The notes under the pieces were generated by a model. The model saw only the letters and a program-made list of their open reading frames with translations, did not search any database and was not told the DNA's origin. Below are positions 46,965 through 60,404 of a stretch of DNA of 64,000 nucleotides, piece by piece. The DNA is from Mobula hypostoma (Eukaryota), in assembly GCF_963921235.1 (NCBI RefSeq), contig NC_086097.1, positions 87,546,001 to 87,610,000 of the forward strand, written 5' to 3'. Each line of letters starts with the position of its first letter. The stretch's first letter is position 1. A program made the position numbers and the translations under genes.

Positions 46965-48370
46965 ATTCATTTTCAGAATTTGTGCATCATTGGCGATTGC
47001 CCTTCTTAATTGCTCCTGAGAAAGTGGTGGTGAGCCACCTTACTGACCTACCACAGTTTTTTCTGGTGAGGGAATTTCTACACTGCTGTTTTGTGGGGAA
47101 TTCTAGTGTTTAGAACCAGTGCTGATTGGTGATACGTTTCCTAGTTGGGATGGTTTGTAGCTTGGAGAGGAACTTGTAAGTGGTGGTGTTTCCCTGCGCA
47201 TGCAGCCCTCACCCTCGTCCTCCTTGGTAGTAGAGGTTGTGAGTTTGGGAAGTGCTGTTGTAGCTTGTGCGGGTGACTGCATTGCATGTTGTATATTGGT
47301 ATCCACTGTGCAATAGCATCAGAGTGTATAAATGTTAGGTGTGGTTGATGGCATGTAATTCAAGTGTAGATGTTGTCATGTTTCTTGAGGGCTTTTGGTG
47401 GTATGTTCATTCATACATACTAGTGGAGAGTGTTCCATCACAGTCCTGGTCTCTTACTTCGTAGGTTATGGAAAGGAATTGGGGTATCAGAAGCTGAAAC
47501 TCATCGAAGATGAGCAGCCTTTGACCTGCCCTTCTAGCCACGGAGTTTATATGGCTGATTCAGATGAGTTTCTGGTCGATGGTGAGGGATTCCACTATGA
47601 TTATTTTGTGGAATAGTTGAAAATAAATGGCCAGACATTGTTAGAGAAGGTCAGTACTCTTTAATGAGGCAGTTATTACTTGATACTTCTCAATCCTTGC
47701 CTAAATGTCAATTTGATCTTGATCCATGTAGGCAGGTGCTGCTTCATTTTCTGAGGAATTCAGAATGGGAATGTCATTGATAAAGTAGCTGGACATGATT
47801 GAGCCCAAGACACTTTCCAGAGGAATTCTTGCAGTAATGTTCTTGTATGGATGATTAACCATAACCACACCCACTTTTATGGGAATTTTGACCCCAAACT
47901 TGGCAGGGGTCTGCTTTTCATGTAAGTTGACTTTAGTTTTACTAAAATTACTCTCAGCTTACCTCTAGAATTCAGCTCTTCATTTCGTGTTTGAAGCAAG
48001 GCTGTGGTGAGGACTGGAGCTCAGATGTCAGCAAAATTAAAACCGGGCATCAGTGAGTTGGTGCTGCTTGGAAGCTTATCCAGGGTACAGTTAAGTTCTG
48101 GTGCAGGGGTCTTCAGAACTATGGCTAGAGTGTGTTCTAGTCTCATTACTATTGTTGTATTCACTGTTCTGAGCTGGTTCTTTATATTGTGTGGAATAAA
48201 CTGAATTTGGAAGAGATTGGCTTTTGTGATATTAGCGTGGAAGATGAGATGAATCTTCCTGCTGAACTTGGTTGGTTTTAACATTCCTGTGTCGAGCCCT
48301 GCTATCATTGATGGTGAGAATGTTCTTGGAACCTTTAGCTGTTTAGTTGTCCACCACCATTTGAGACCAG
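46965..48370 (-). mobile_element. CR1/L2-group LINE, degraded 3' part
   Basis: aattgctcctgagaaagtggtggtgagcc...ggaacttgtaagtggtggtgtttccc...ccttggtagtagagg. Related remnants lie near 15520-15660 and 16600-16870. Family assignment is from memory of elasmobranch repeats. Confidence 0.4.
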
Positions 48371-48679
48371 TTGTGGTTGAAAACTTTTTAAAGGGGTAAT
48401 TGAAGGTCCAGTAAGATAATTTGTTTGTAGTTCATTTGCACCTTGAATTTTGACAGAAAATTTTGACAGACTATCCTGCATTCGGTACTCACTGATTCAG
48501 TTTTATTCCCTACATACTCCTGTCTAATTAGTTCTCTGACCTTGGAATCACTGGAGGGTTATGTTTTTTTTGTGCAAGTTCATCTAGGATACATTGGCCC
48601 TTGGGTTTGAATATTGTCCTTGCAAAACTGTGCATAGTACTGGTTTAGTGTGAATGAAAGATTTTTTTTAGGTTGCTTA

Positions 48680-49960
48680 GAATGTAGAACATTGAACAGA
48701 ATCATACAGGAACAGGCTCTTTGATCTACTATGTCCGTGCTAACCACAATGTCACTGCAACATTTTACGCTTGCTAGATTAAACTCCCATCTGACATTTC
48801 TCCTTCCGAACTTCCAATTCATTTACTGTATATCCTACTCTTCTATCAGGACCTACTGTCCTTTATGACCAAACTAGTTTTGTATTGAATTTACTAATTC
48901 ATTGTAATTCCCATGTGAGATGGTCTTTTGGACCAGCCTATAGTGAAGGACTCAAGAGTTTTACTAAAGCCCACATAGACAATATCCACTGCCCAACCCT
49001 CATCATTCATTTTCAACACTCCTTCAAAAAATTTCAATCAGGTTTGTGAAACTGGCCCCTCCCTGTACAAAGCCATGCTAACTTCCCCTAATAAGTTCAT
49101 GCTTTTTCAAGTGTGAGTAAATCCTGTCCCTAGGAATCCTCTCCACTAATTTTCCTACAATTGTTGTAAGACTTACTGGCTTATAAATTTCCTGGTTTGA
49201 ATCTTTTTGCTCTTCTAAAACTATACAAAAACATTGGTTATTCTCCATTTTTTTTGGTCTCTTGCCTGTAGCTAAAGAGAATACAAAGATCCTAGTCAAA
49301 GACCCTGCAATCTCAAATTCCTTAAATAAATATCCTTTGTATTCTGTGATAGATTCCATCTTGCCTGAAGGGTTTAATCTTAATGTTTTCAGGAGACCTA
49401 ACACACCCACTTCCACCTCCACTTCCATACCTCCTCCTCAGTACCAACATGCACTACAATAGCACCATGACCCCTTCCATCATTAATTTTTTTTCTCTTT
49501 GAACTCTGATACAAAGTACTTGGTTAGGATTTTGGCTTCTTCATCTGGCTGTGGGCATAGATTCACTCCTACCTCCTCTCCTTTCTATCCTTTCTCTGGC
49601 TTACTTTATTCTAAAGCATTCATAAAATGCTTTGAGATTGTCCTTAATCCTACTTGTCACAAATATCTGTCACTCTCCTAATTTTTTAATGTCCTTTTCT
49701 GCTTCCTTTATGTTATTGAAAGGCTTTATGCAATTTTAGCTGCTTAAACCTTACATGTGCTTTCTCTTTCTCTTTGACTGAGCCTATAATACTTCTGGTT
49801 ATCCGAGCTTCCCAAACCTTGCCATTCTTGTCTTCCGTCCTCGCAGAAAAAGCTGGTCCTGAACTATAAGCAGTTGGCCTTTAAATGACTCCCTTGTATC
49901 ACATGTAGGTGTACCCCAATCCAAATCCCCCAATCTATTCTCCCCCGTTTCTCCTTTTAT
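48680..49960 (-). mobile_element. CR1 LINE RT fragments
   Basis: ORF 49078-49428 EIAGSLTRIFVFSLATG...YKPVSLTTIVGKLVERIPRDRIYSHLKKHELIRGS, followed by the QHGFV.GR motif. A 3' tail remnant lies near 48680-48740. Confidence 0.8.
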
Positions 49961-50027
49961 TCTGCCCTTTTTAAAGCTGTTTTAAGGAAGCTAAGAAAGT
50001 GCCAATGTTTTTTCTTACAATTGATAG

Positions 50028-50783
50028 CACTGGACAACAAAGATGTTGCTTCCTGAATACTTTTGAGTGTATCATATGGATTTTGGGCTGTTGATTATGA
50101 AAATCACCATGAAATTTCACTATCACGGACCATTTGTTAAAAAATGCATATATTTGTTATTTCAATTCATAATTCAAGACAGAATAACTGATGCCAAGAT
50201 TAAGAAAGGCATTTTTGTTGGTCATCAGTGGCGGGTATTCGAAGAACTTCTAGTGGGAACAGAGAAAATTGCATGGAAAGCATTCAAGGATGTTGTTGAA
50301 AATTTTCTTGACAACCACAGAGCACCAAACTACGTGTGGCTGGTTGACAACATGCTTCAAGCGTTTAAAACCATGAGGTGCAACATATCACTAAAGATTC
50401 ATTGTCTGTATTCCCATTTAGACTTCTTTCCTGCAAATCTTGGCACTGTCAGTGACAAGCATGGTGAAAAGTTTCACGAGGTCATTGCGGTCATGGAGAA
50501 ATAGTATCAGGGCAACTGGAATCCATCAATACAGGCTGATTATTGTTGGATACTTAAGCAAGAAGCCTCAGATATGGAGTACAAATGAAAATCATCAACA
50601 AAACGTTTTAGCTTAGTTGAACTATTGCAAAGTATCAACACTGTCATATTCAATAAACGTTCATTTCTTGTTTCTCCAAATTCCTCTGTGGTACCAGAGT
50701 CTAAAATTATATTTGTGTTCAGCTTCAAACGATCTATCATAAACAAAAAAAAATTCTGAGGAAACAACATTATGACTGTAGTG
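50028..50783 (+). mobile_element. Chapaev3-like (CMC) DNA transposon internal-deletion derivative with transposase C-terminus
   Basis: ORF 50067 AKIKKGIFVG...AWKAFKDVVENFLDNH...SLKIHCLYSHLDFFPANLGTVSDKHGEKFH, continuing past a stop as YQGNWNP...ADYCWILK. CAC...GTG termini with imperfect TIR (atgttgcttcct vs aggaaacaacat). Confidence 0.65.
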
Positions 50784-53249
50784 CAAGTTTCATTTCTCTC
50801 TCTTTCCCACCTCTGCCTTTTAGATGTCAATAGAGGAAACTGGATTGGCTAAGTATGAGTTGTCAACATCTATCTTTAATGCATAAATATTAGATAAAAA
50901 GCTCAATGAATTACCTATTCTCAAAATGTGCTTCCATTTCATTTCCTTCAAGAGTAGTCATAAGATATTTGCTCTCTCATACCTGGATAAATATACTGCA
51001 CTGGCTTTGCATCCCATTTTGAGTTTGGTAAACTTATTCATTTGTCTGTCTACCATCAGTCTCTGCATAACTGATTCTGAATCTGTACTTCTGAAAAAGC
51101 ACTTGCCTTTCAGTGTGGTAGCACTCCATATTATTGACAAAAGTGGATGCAAAAATATGCATTGGCTTCTTCTGAACGGGATTATGAACTCTATAGCTCA
51201 GGATTTAGAGAAAAATATCACTGGATATCCTTCAAATCAGGTATTTTTTATTTGTTTATTTATTTTATAAATTACTGTATGGTCTGCTGCATTGGAAGAA
51301 TAGCAACATGAAGTATCTACATAACACGCAACTCTTTAAGTTGTATTCCTTTGATTATTGGAACAAATAATCAACCAGTAGAGACCAGTATGTCCATGTT
51401 TGGCCATTTGTACCAGAATATCAGTGCTGTTTTTATGGAAAACAGTGGGTCACTTTTACTCTGTTAGAAGCTGTACAATGCTATGTAAATCGAGGAGTAA
51501 TAAATCCATTATTCATTATGTTTGTTTGAATGTGCACATGTTTGGATGCCTTCCTGGATAATCTGCACCACCTTTTGGTACATTCACCTTTTTTAAACAA
51601 AAAAAATGTGTAGATGCTTATAACCAGTCATTGGTGCATCCTTACTCACTGATCAAGGCTATAATTTAGCTCTGCTTCCCACTGCTAATTTGACATCCAT
51701 TGTTGCCTCCAGGCTATGCCAGTGTTTATCTAGCCACCCACATTGTTAATGGAGTGGAAGTCATCCCTGATCCCAAGGTGCCACCTAAGATGATGATCAG
51801 TAATCAGGACTCATCTAAATCCATGTTGGTCACATCTTCAATCAAATCATGCCTGGTGCTTCATAAGTTTTGTACTTGTTTCCTTCAATTGGCCACCACT
51901 GTGATGGTGAATGGATTTTTAATATCTTCATCCTTGTGCATCAGTTCCTCCATGCTACCATTGCTCACTGTTCTCTGTAAGCTTCTCTACTCTGTGAGCT
52001 TCTGGAACCTCCTTCCCTACCGAAGTTTCTTTGCTGTTTCTATTGGCAGTAGTGTCTTCACCTACCAGGGTCTTTTGCACTCCTACCTCTTCTTTAAAAG
52101 GATCGTTGGAACCTAATTTCTTAAGTTTTACACACCAATTTGTGTGTAATACAAACATGAATACAATAACTCAATAGGGGAGGTACATCTGTAGTAAGAG
52201 GAACCAGATTAATGTTTCAAATCTTTGGCCTTTCTTAACTGCACAACCAATATCTGTGTTAATTTTTACGTAATGTTCCAGCGAAGTACCTTAAGTATGT
52301 TGTTTCAACCTCAATCAATCATCATAAAATATGCCAGCTGATAACTTAAAACACTGTCCCCTCCATCTCTAAGTAGCTCCTTTGAGGGGATAACTACATT
52401 CATTTGCTCATCCATTGAGATGTTCCAAACAGTTAATTACCTCACTTTAAGGACTCTTTATCTTGTTATTTCCTGTTCTCATTATTTATTGCTATTTACT
52501 TACATTTGCATTTGCACAGTTTGTCGTCTTTTGCACTTTCCTCGATCTTTCATTAATCCTGTACAGTTACTATTCTATAGATTTGCTGAGTATGCCCGCA
52601 GGAAAATTAATCTCAGGTTTGTATGTGGTGGCAGACATGTACTCTGATAATAAAACGAACTTTGAACTTTTTTTAGAATTGGGTATTTGTGCAGATGACA
52701 GCTGCTCTCCGAAACAATTAGTGTGTCAGTATATTTTCTTGCTATTTTTGCGGACTTTCAAACTAAATTATCTATTATTAAGATCTCAGACAATCTGTGT
52801 TGGCAGCAACGTATCTAGCTCCAACATGCTGAGCACTGGCACCCCCGGGGCTGAGTGCTCAGGCCGCTGCTGTTCACACTGCTGACGCATGACTGTACTG
52901 CCAAATCTAGCTCTAACCATATCATTAAATTCACTGATGGTATGACAGTGGTTGGCCTCATCAGCACCAATGATGAGTTGGCATGCAGAGAGGACGAAGA
53001 GTGGCTTGTGGACTGGAACACAACAACTTGACTCTCAACGTGGACAAGACCGAAGGGATGATTGTGGACTTCAGGGATATGCAGGCTGACCACTCCCTAC
53101 TGCACATCATGGATTATCTCACCTTGTCCCTGTACACCACTCCTTTAGTCAAGAAACTATGGCAGTGCTTTTACTGCCTAAGGAGACTGAGGCAAGCGAG
53201 GCTCCTTGCCCCATTCTAACTGCATTCTACTGGAGCACCATCGAGAGTG

Positions 53250-53875
53250 TCCGCCAGAGAAAGCAGGATCTCCCAGTGGCCACACATTTTAATTCCACAT
53301 CCCATTCCCATTCTGACATGTCTATCCACGGCCTCCTCTACTGTAAAGATGAAGCCACACTCAGGTTGGAGGAACAACACCTTATATTCCGTCTGGGTAG
53401 CCTCCAACCTGATGGCATAAACATTGACTTCTCTAACTTCCGCTAGGCCCCACCTCCCCCTCGTACCCCATCTGTTACTCTTTATAATGCACACATTCTT
53501 TCTCTCACTCTCCTTTTTCTCCCTCTGTCCCTCTGAATATACCTCTTGCCCATCCTCTGGGTCACCCCCCCCCCCCGTCTTTCTTCCCGGACCTCCTGTC
53601 CCATGATCCTCTCGTATCCCCTTCTGCCTATCACCTGTCCAGCTCTCGGCTCCATCCCTCCCCCTCCTGTCTTCTCCTATCATTTTGCATCTCCCCCTCC
53701 CCCTCCAGCTTTCAAATCCCTTACTCACTCTTCCTTCAGTTAGTCCTGACGAAGGGTCTCGGCCTGAAACGTCGACTGCGCCTCTTCCTATAGATGCTGC
53801 CTGGCCTGCTGCGTTCACCAGCAACTTTGATGTATGTTGCTTGAATTTCCAGCATCTGCAGAATTCCTGTTGTTG
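53250..53875 (+). mobile_element. Penelope-like element 3' portion (GIY-YIG C-terminus, pLTR with hammerhead, tail); longest arm in the window
   Basis: Open frame RQRKQDLPVATHFNSTSHSHSDMSIHGLLYCKDEATLRLEEQHLIFRLGSLQPDGINIDFSNFR*, a PVA.HF...R..LE..LI..L....P.G.N GIY-YIG C-terminal pattern. Ends gaattcctgttgttg. Confidence 0.88.
53742..53777 (+). ncRNA. Minimal type I hammerhead ribozyme motif, intact core
   Basis: AGTC CTGACGA AGGGTCTCGGCCT GAAAC GTC|GACT, identical to 27884-27919. Predicted cut after 53773. Confidence 0.8.
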
Positions 53876-54731
53876 TATACACACCTTGTATCAACTTGCA
53901 CAACTACAGAATACATTTTTTATATCCATTAATATTATTATGTTAATATTATATGATATTGCAATACTGTGTATTGCAACTTGGTGTCTGAGGAACATTG
54001 TTTCATTTAGCAGTATCTGTGTATATGGCTGAGTGACAATAAACTTGAACTTGACGACTAATGGACCGGACGCTCTGATCTTTCACATTTCACTTAGTTC
54101 GGAACCACTGCCATAGCCATTCTCCTAACTTATCTTCAATTTTGCAAATAGCAGGAGAGGATTGATGTAGGTTGGTTGAAAACATTACTGTAAAGGAACA
54201 AATAAATAAAGGCACCATTACTGGTGATGCTGAGCTAATGCTGAGCTGCTCAAAGAAGGGACTGTTGGATGATATAACTCTTAAGATATGACTTAGCTTT
54301 TGTAATCTGATGTTTGTGAGTTCGTTCTCACATGCTCTGTGTCCTTCTCAGTTCAGACAGTCTGATAATGTTTGTCTGGTTCCTACCTGATGGTTACATA
54401 CTGTTTTTTTTAATTCCTTTTTGCATTTGTTTTCAAAGTTCAGTTGAGCCAAATGGATGCAAAAGTTCTAACCAGTACTTTAGAGAATTGTGAATTAAAA
54501 TCTAGTTTTATCAAAAAGTAAATATTTGAATATTTTGTTGTTTGGGAAAGGACAAAGATTGCTGTTAGGTCTCTAGGAGTGAATAAAAATGCAAATAATT
54601 TCAAGCAATAATCATGTTGTCAAGCACGTAAGAACTTTGTGTGTTCTAAATAAGAAAATCAGAATTGTTTTGATTAGTAGCAATTTGAGTGGAAACTAGG
54701 TTGTTAATAGGTTAGCACAGGTCCTTTAGAT

Positions 54732-54949
54732 CAGAGGTGCCGAACCTTTCTTGCACCACGGATCGGTTTAATATTGACAATATTCTTACAGACTAGCCAA
54801 ACGGGTGGTGGGGGGGGGGGTTCAAGTTCAACCGTGCGTGACAGGGAATGAGGAAAAGTGCAGCTGACTCGTATCATTTCATATCACCAAATCATATTGT
54901 TTCCTCGCGGCTCAGTATTGGTCCGCGGCCTGGTGATTGGGGACCACTG
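54732..54949. mobile_element. 218-bp Charlie-group hAT MITE
   Basis: TIRs cagaggtgccgaacc and tgattggggaccactg. 8-bp TSD ctttagat (54724-54731) vs ctttagac (54950-54957). Both halves align to the ends of 20211-20879. Confidence 0.88.
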
Positions 54950-55629
54950 CTTTAGACCACCTTGTCTTTGCTGACCATTAAATACGCATCTATAATAATC
55001 CCATTTTCCATCACTTTGACGTACTCCTTGGTGAATACAAATGAGGTGTATTCATTTGAGACCTCACCCATGTCTCACATGCAGATCGCCCCTTTGATTT
55101 CAAATGGGCCTGCTTATTTGCTGGTTACCCTCTTGCCATTTTAAAATGCGTAAGGAGTTTTCTAAACTTCATCTGGGATTTGTATTTTGAGCTCCCATTT
55201 GCCTTAATTTCACTATTTTTGAATAGTTTTCTTTTGAATATAGATTAATCCAATCCACCAGGATATTTTCCATTGACTTTACCACCATTGATTTTAGACA
55301 CTTGCTATATTATCTTTTTTTCACCTGGTTTTGCGCACTTCCAGTTCTCTATATATGCCATATGTTTCTTTCCCACCACCCCACCCCTTATCTAGCCTTC
55401 TGTGCCTTGGTGAGTTGGTTGGAATTGTTTTGATTGCCCACCATTTCGGAATGAACTCTGGACCTCATTTGTGGTCTTTGCATCTTTTTGTCTACCTACA
55501 CTGTACTTTCTCTGTAACAATAACACTACAGAATTGTATTCCCTTGTAATACATTGTTGTACTTAAGTTTTGAAATGATCTGTATTCATGGCATGCAGAT
55601 CAAAGTATTTTAATGTAACTCAGTATGTA

Positions 55630-57226
55630 CAAACCCCATTTCCAGAGAAGTTGGGATATTTTCCAAAATGCAATAAGAACAAAAACCTGTGATATGTTAA
55701 TTCACGTGAACCTTTATTTAACTGACAAAAGTACAAAGAAAAGATTTTCAATAGTTTTACTGACCAACTTAATTGTATTTTGTAAATATAAACAAATTTA
55801 GAATTTGATGGCTGCAACACACTCAACAAAAGTTGGGACAGAGTTAAAATAAGATTGAAAAGTGCACAGAATATTCAAGTAACACCGGTTTGGAAGACTC
55901 CACATTAAGCAGGCTAATTGGTAGCAGGTGAGGTATTATGACTGGGTATAAAAGTAGCGTCCATCAAAGGCTCAGTCTTTGCAAGCAAGGATGGGTCGTG
56001 ACTGACTCCTTTGTGCCAAAATTCGTGAGAGAATTGTTAGTTCAAAAGGAACATTTCTCAATGCAAGATTGCAGACAATTTAGGTCTTTCAACATCTACA
56101 GTACATAATATTGTGAAAAGATTCAGAGAATTCAGAGACATCTCAGTGCATAAAGGGCAAGGTCAGAAACCGCTGTTGAATGCGCATGATCTTCGAGCCC
56201 TCGGGCGGCACTGCCTAAGAAACCGTCATGCTACTGTGACAATTATAGCCACCTGGACTCGGGAGTACTTTGGAAAACCATTGTCACTCAACACAGTCCG
56301 TCGCTGCATCTGGAAATACAACTTGAAACTGTATTACGCAAGGAGGAAGCCATACATCAACTCTATGCAGAAATGCCGGCAAGTTCTCTGGGCCTGAGCT
56401 CATCTCAGATGGACCAAAAGACTGTGGAACAGTGTACTGTGGTCAGATGAGATCATATTTCAGCTAGTTTTCGGAAAAGACGGGCGTCGAGTTCTCCGTG
56501 CCAAAGATGAAAATGACCATCCAGATTGTTATCAGCGAAAGGTGCAAAAGCCAGCATCTGTGATGGTATGGGGGTGCATCAGTGCCCATGGCATGGGTGA
56601 ATTGCATGTATGTGAAGGTACCATTGACTCTGAGGCATATATTAGGATTTTAGAGAGACATATGTTGCCATCAAGGCAACGCCTGTTCCTGGGACGTCCA
56701 TGCTTATTTCAGCAGGACAATGCCAGACCACATTCTGCACGGGCTACAACAGCGTGGCTTTGTAGACACAGAGTGCGTGTGCTTGACTGGCCTGCTGCCA
56801 GTCCAGATCTATCTCCTATTGAAAATGTATGGCGCATCATGAAGAGAAGAATCAGACAACAGAGACCACGGACTGTTGAGCAGCTGAAGTCTTATATCAA
56901 GCAAGAATGGACAAAATTTCCAATTGCAAATCTACTACAATTAGTACCCTCAGTTCCAAAACGATTAAAAAGTGTAATTAAAAGGAAAGGTGATGTACCA
57001 CAATGGTTAACATGCCTCTGTCCCAACTTTTGAGTGTGTTGCAGCCATCAAATTCTAAATTTGTGTATGTTTACAAAATACAATTAAGTTGGTCAGTAAA
57101 ACTATTGAAAATCTTTTCTTTGTACTTTTCTCAGTTAAATTAAGGTTCATGTGAATTAACATATCACAGATTTTTGTTTTTATTGCATTTTGGAAAATAT
57201 CCCAACTTTTCTGGAAATGGGGTTTG
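55630..57226 (+). mobile_element. Full-length Tc1 transposon, IR/DR type, 1597 bp
   Basis: TA TSD (55628-55629 and 57227-57228). About 210-bp TIRs (55630-55843 and 57016-57226), with aagttggga direct repeats at both ends of each TIR. TATA-like gtataaaag near 55946. Confidence 0.95.
55991..57010 (+). pseudogene. Tc1 DD34E transposase, disrupted
   Basis: ATG at 55991; stop at 56003; frameshift near 56040; stop at 56395-56397. WSDE, VMVWG and FQQDNARPH...WPAASPDLSPIENVW with 34 residues between D and E. Confidence 0.92.
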
Positions 57227-57664
57227 TATATGACAATAATTATTACCAATTACATTGCCCTGAAAGTTTCCAGATTTGCTTTGGCAAAGGTCTGCTTTTC
57301 CCAAAACTTGTCTTATGATTCTGAAATAAGCTTCCTCCCCAATTAAGGACCTTAATTTCTGCACCACCCTTATCCCTTTCTGTAAATGCTTTTCAATGGT
57401 ATCACCGTCACGAAGATGGTCTCCCACTGCCAATCCAGCTTCTGGCTCAGATGCATTCCCTCGTCTCTTCTCTAGGGTAACTGTCTATTTATTGTTTCAA
57501 TAAGCTGTCTTGGACACATACAGTTAAAGTTCCCAGTTCATCTCAACTTTTCACAATGGGATCCCAGTGTTGTTGGGGAAGTTGACATGCACTTACTGCC
57601 ATGACGATTTATTCTTTGTGATGTGCTTTTACATCTGTTCCTTTATCTCCTGGTAATGCTAAAA

Positions 57665-57960
57665 ATAGCTTTATTTGTCACCATGCACATCAAACATCAA
57701 AAAAAACTGAAAAGTGTTGTTTTTTGTCAACGAAATTTGAGGAGTTTGCTGGGGGCAGCGTGCAAGTATTGTTTTGCTTCTAGTACCAACATAGCATTCC
57801 CACTCCATTAACCTCAACAGCATATCTCCGGAATGTGGGAGGAAGCCCATGCGGTCATGGTGAGAACATACCAACTCCTTGCAGGCAATGGCGGAACCAA
57901 ACCCAAATTGTGATCGCTGGCGCTCTAAAGCAATTACGCTCATCCTTGCAATAATCCATC
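57665..57960 (-). mobile_element. V-SINE, similar in type to 10438-10790
   Basis: ggaatgtgggaggaagcccatgcggtcatggtgagaacataccaactccttgcaggcaatgg...gatcgctggcgctctaaagc. Confidence 0.6.
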
Positions 57961-58529
57961 CCTGCAATGTGATTGCATGCTTTTTGTTTCTGAGCTCTGC
58001 CCATATGGTTTCATCTGAGGATCCTTCTCAGGTATGCTGCTTTATAATTTAAGAATGTTATTCTTGTATTTGTGTATCTGGTTATATATGTAGATTTAAA
58101 ATGAAACTAGTTTTACCCGAGTGACCCTCCAGAATGAATGAAATGTATTTTTCCCTTGAAAAAAATTCTGCAAAGCAGTATGCAAGAAGCCAATGTATAG
58201 CATTCCATTGTTCTAATAATTGAACTATAATAAGCTTTACATTAAATGTCAACAGCAATAAGGAGGGTTAAAAATTTTCTGCTTAAAAATGCATGTCTGC
58301 ATGTTGTGTCGGACTTCATTTGAAGTTGAAGCGTTATCTTGCCAAAAAAAATGCACAACATAAGAATGAGTATAAAATGGAATAAGCAAACAATGTTGCG
58401 TGATGGTCTGTGGCAAAGAGGCTTGTAGCTGAAGATACAGCAGAATTCAAGAGTGGGTGGTTGGCAGTGGAGAAACACATCAGTCTCATTCCTACTTTAG
58501 TCTCCCAATAGTATATTTAAAATGAGTAA

Positions 58530-58627
58530 CACACATCAAAGTTGCTGGTGAACGCAGCAGGCCAGGCAGCATCTCTAGGAAGAGGTACAGTTGATGTTTT
58601 GGGCCAAGACTCTTCATCAGGACTTAG
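58530..58627 (-). mobile_element. Penelope-like single tail-less arm, 98 bp
   Basis: Flanked by aatgagtaa (58521-58529 and 58628-58636). It ends at the 5' edge of a decayed hammerhead (…cttcatcaggact). Confidence 0.8.
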
Positions 58628-59614
58628 AATGAGTAAATGGGAGTGGCCGTATCCTCAAGGAAAGCACTTGAATGTGAATTCATTATTTGTAAATGTCAAG
58701 CTTATATTAGTTTCTGGGAGCTAATTTATCTGATTTAACTGTTTCATTATGGTGATGATTGTGCTAAAACTTTCTTTTTGAGGTACTTCATTCTCTTTCC
58801 TGTTTCAATTTCTCCGAACCCTGCACTCCTATTGACCAAGGAATGAAGATAAAATGATGGCATGTACTCTTACGATAGTGACTCTGCCATTTGTTGATGC
58901 CTGGGATGATATGATTAATTGTAATCTCATTTACAACATGCTTTCCCCATCTCTGGTTTCTAGTCTTTGCTGATCAGGCCACAGCATGTTTGAGTATAGT
59001 ATGCATTCACACTTTCAGATGTCCTGAATCCATGGATGTTTGTTTACTTGCTGGTTACATTTATAAGGCCTATAGCCAGAATTCCAGAGTGCATTAGAAC
59101 TGTTTTTCTTGATAGGAATTATAAATATTTAATGGGTTATTTGTTGATATTAAATGGACGTATGAACTTTTCAGCTTTTATTATTTTTGAAGAATTTGTT
59201 GAAATGCCAGAAAAGTGCCAGACATTCTTTTGGAATTATTGGCAATATGACAAAATGACAAGTAACAATTTGTCTTATTTTCCCTCTGTATTTGTTTAGG
59301 ACATAGAACATTGAACATCACAGCACAGGAACAGGACCATAGCCGCACAATGCTGTGCCAAACAAATTAAATTAGTAATCAAATACCCATCACAACTAAT
59401 CCCTTCTGCGTACACAATATCCATATCATTTTATTCTTTGCGTTCATGTTAGCTATGTAATTTTTTTAGGTGGCTATCTGTATTTTTATTAGGGATCTTG
59501 TGAATACATTTTCCATTATCAATAAGCATACCTGTGATTTGGGGAATGGTTACATTTTAGGGTAACTAGAGTAGATCCAGTTATTGCAAATAGTTTTTTT
59601 CCCAATAAAAAAAG

Positions 59615-60105
59615 ATACATGAGGAAAAATCTGAAATAAGCAGTTAAAGTATTGGAGAATCTCAGTAGGTGAGGCAGCATTCGAGAAAAATAGTTAATGT
59701 TTTAGGTTGAAGATTTCATCAAAGCCCAGAATGGGAAAATAAGTTAGTGCGGAGAAGGGGAAAGGTTGGATGTGGGAGAAAGAGAGAGAGAGAAAACAAT
59801 TTATCTCTTGGTTTCAAGTTTCAACAACAGCTCTGGGCTGCATTTCACAGCTTTTACACAGATCCTAGTTTGGTTATTTCGTTTTTACCTATCACCAGGC
59901 AGTTCTCCAAACCAAGCAAACCTAGCATCACCCCATCAGATAGAATTATCTATATCCTATCAATATCTCCCCCACCTTTTGCAACTTGAAACTAACTTGG
60001 CTTTCCTTCCTAGTTTCGATGAAGAGTTTTTCAAAAGAGAAGCAGAAAACAAACTAATTTCATTTCCTTTCTACTTAACCTACTGAGTATTCCTAGCAAC
60101 TTCTG
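59615..60105. mobile_element. Old Penelope-like fold-back remnant
   Basis: ggagaatctcagtaggtgaggcagcat on the left and acctactgagtattcc on the right are inverted, diverged versions of the pLTR arm. Confidence 0.5.
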
Positions 60106-60404
60106 ATTACACTAAAATAAAACAGTGAATCAGCCATTTGAGCTTTTGCTTTGGCTCTGCCAAGGTCTAAAGTTGATGATTATCTTTACCTTAGTTAATA
60201 TTAAAAATAAGAACTCAAAAATAGTCACATGAAACTTTTACCTTTTGCACTTCTAAATCCGGTGACATATGTGCGGAAGATGCAGAGAGTGTTTCAAAGG
60301 TATATGAACAGGTAAAGTTCTCTTAAAGAACTTTGTGGTAGTGAGATGATCTGTTCTTCTAAACTTTGTGTTGCTAACTGTGTTAGAGAGGAGTTAGTGT
60401 ACGA

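Larger units (their letters stand above)
52745..54056 (+). mobile_element. Rex1/Babar LINE RT-to-tail fragment interrupted by a Penelope-like element
   Basis: Frameshifted G.PQG...PLLFTLLTHDC...IIKFTDGMTVVGLIS and NNLTLNVDKTEGMIVDFR. Tail gacaataaacttgaacttga at about 54035-54055. A separate Rex-type tail lies at 52380-52670. Confidence 0.75.
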
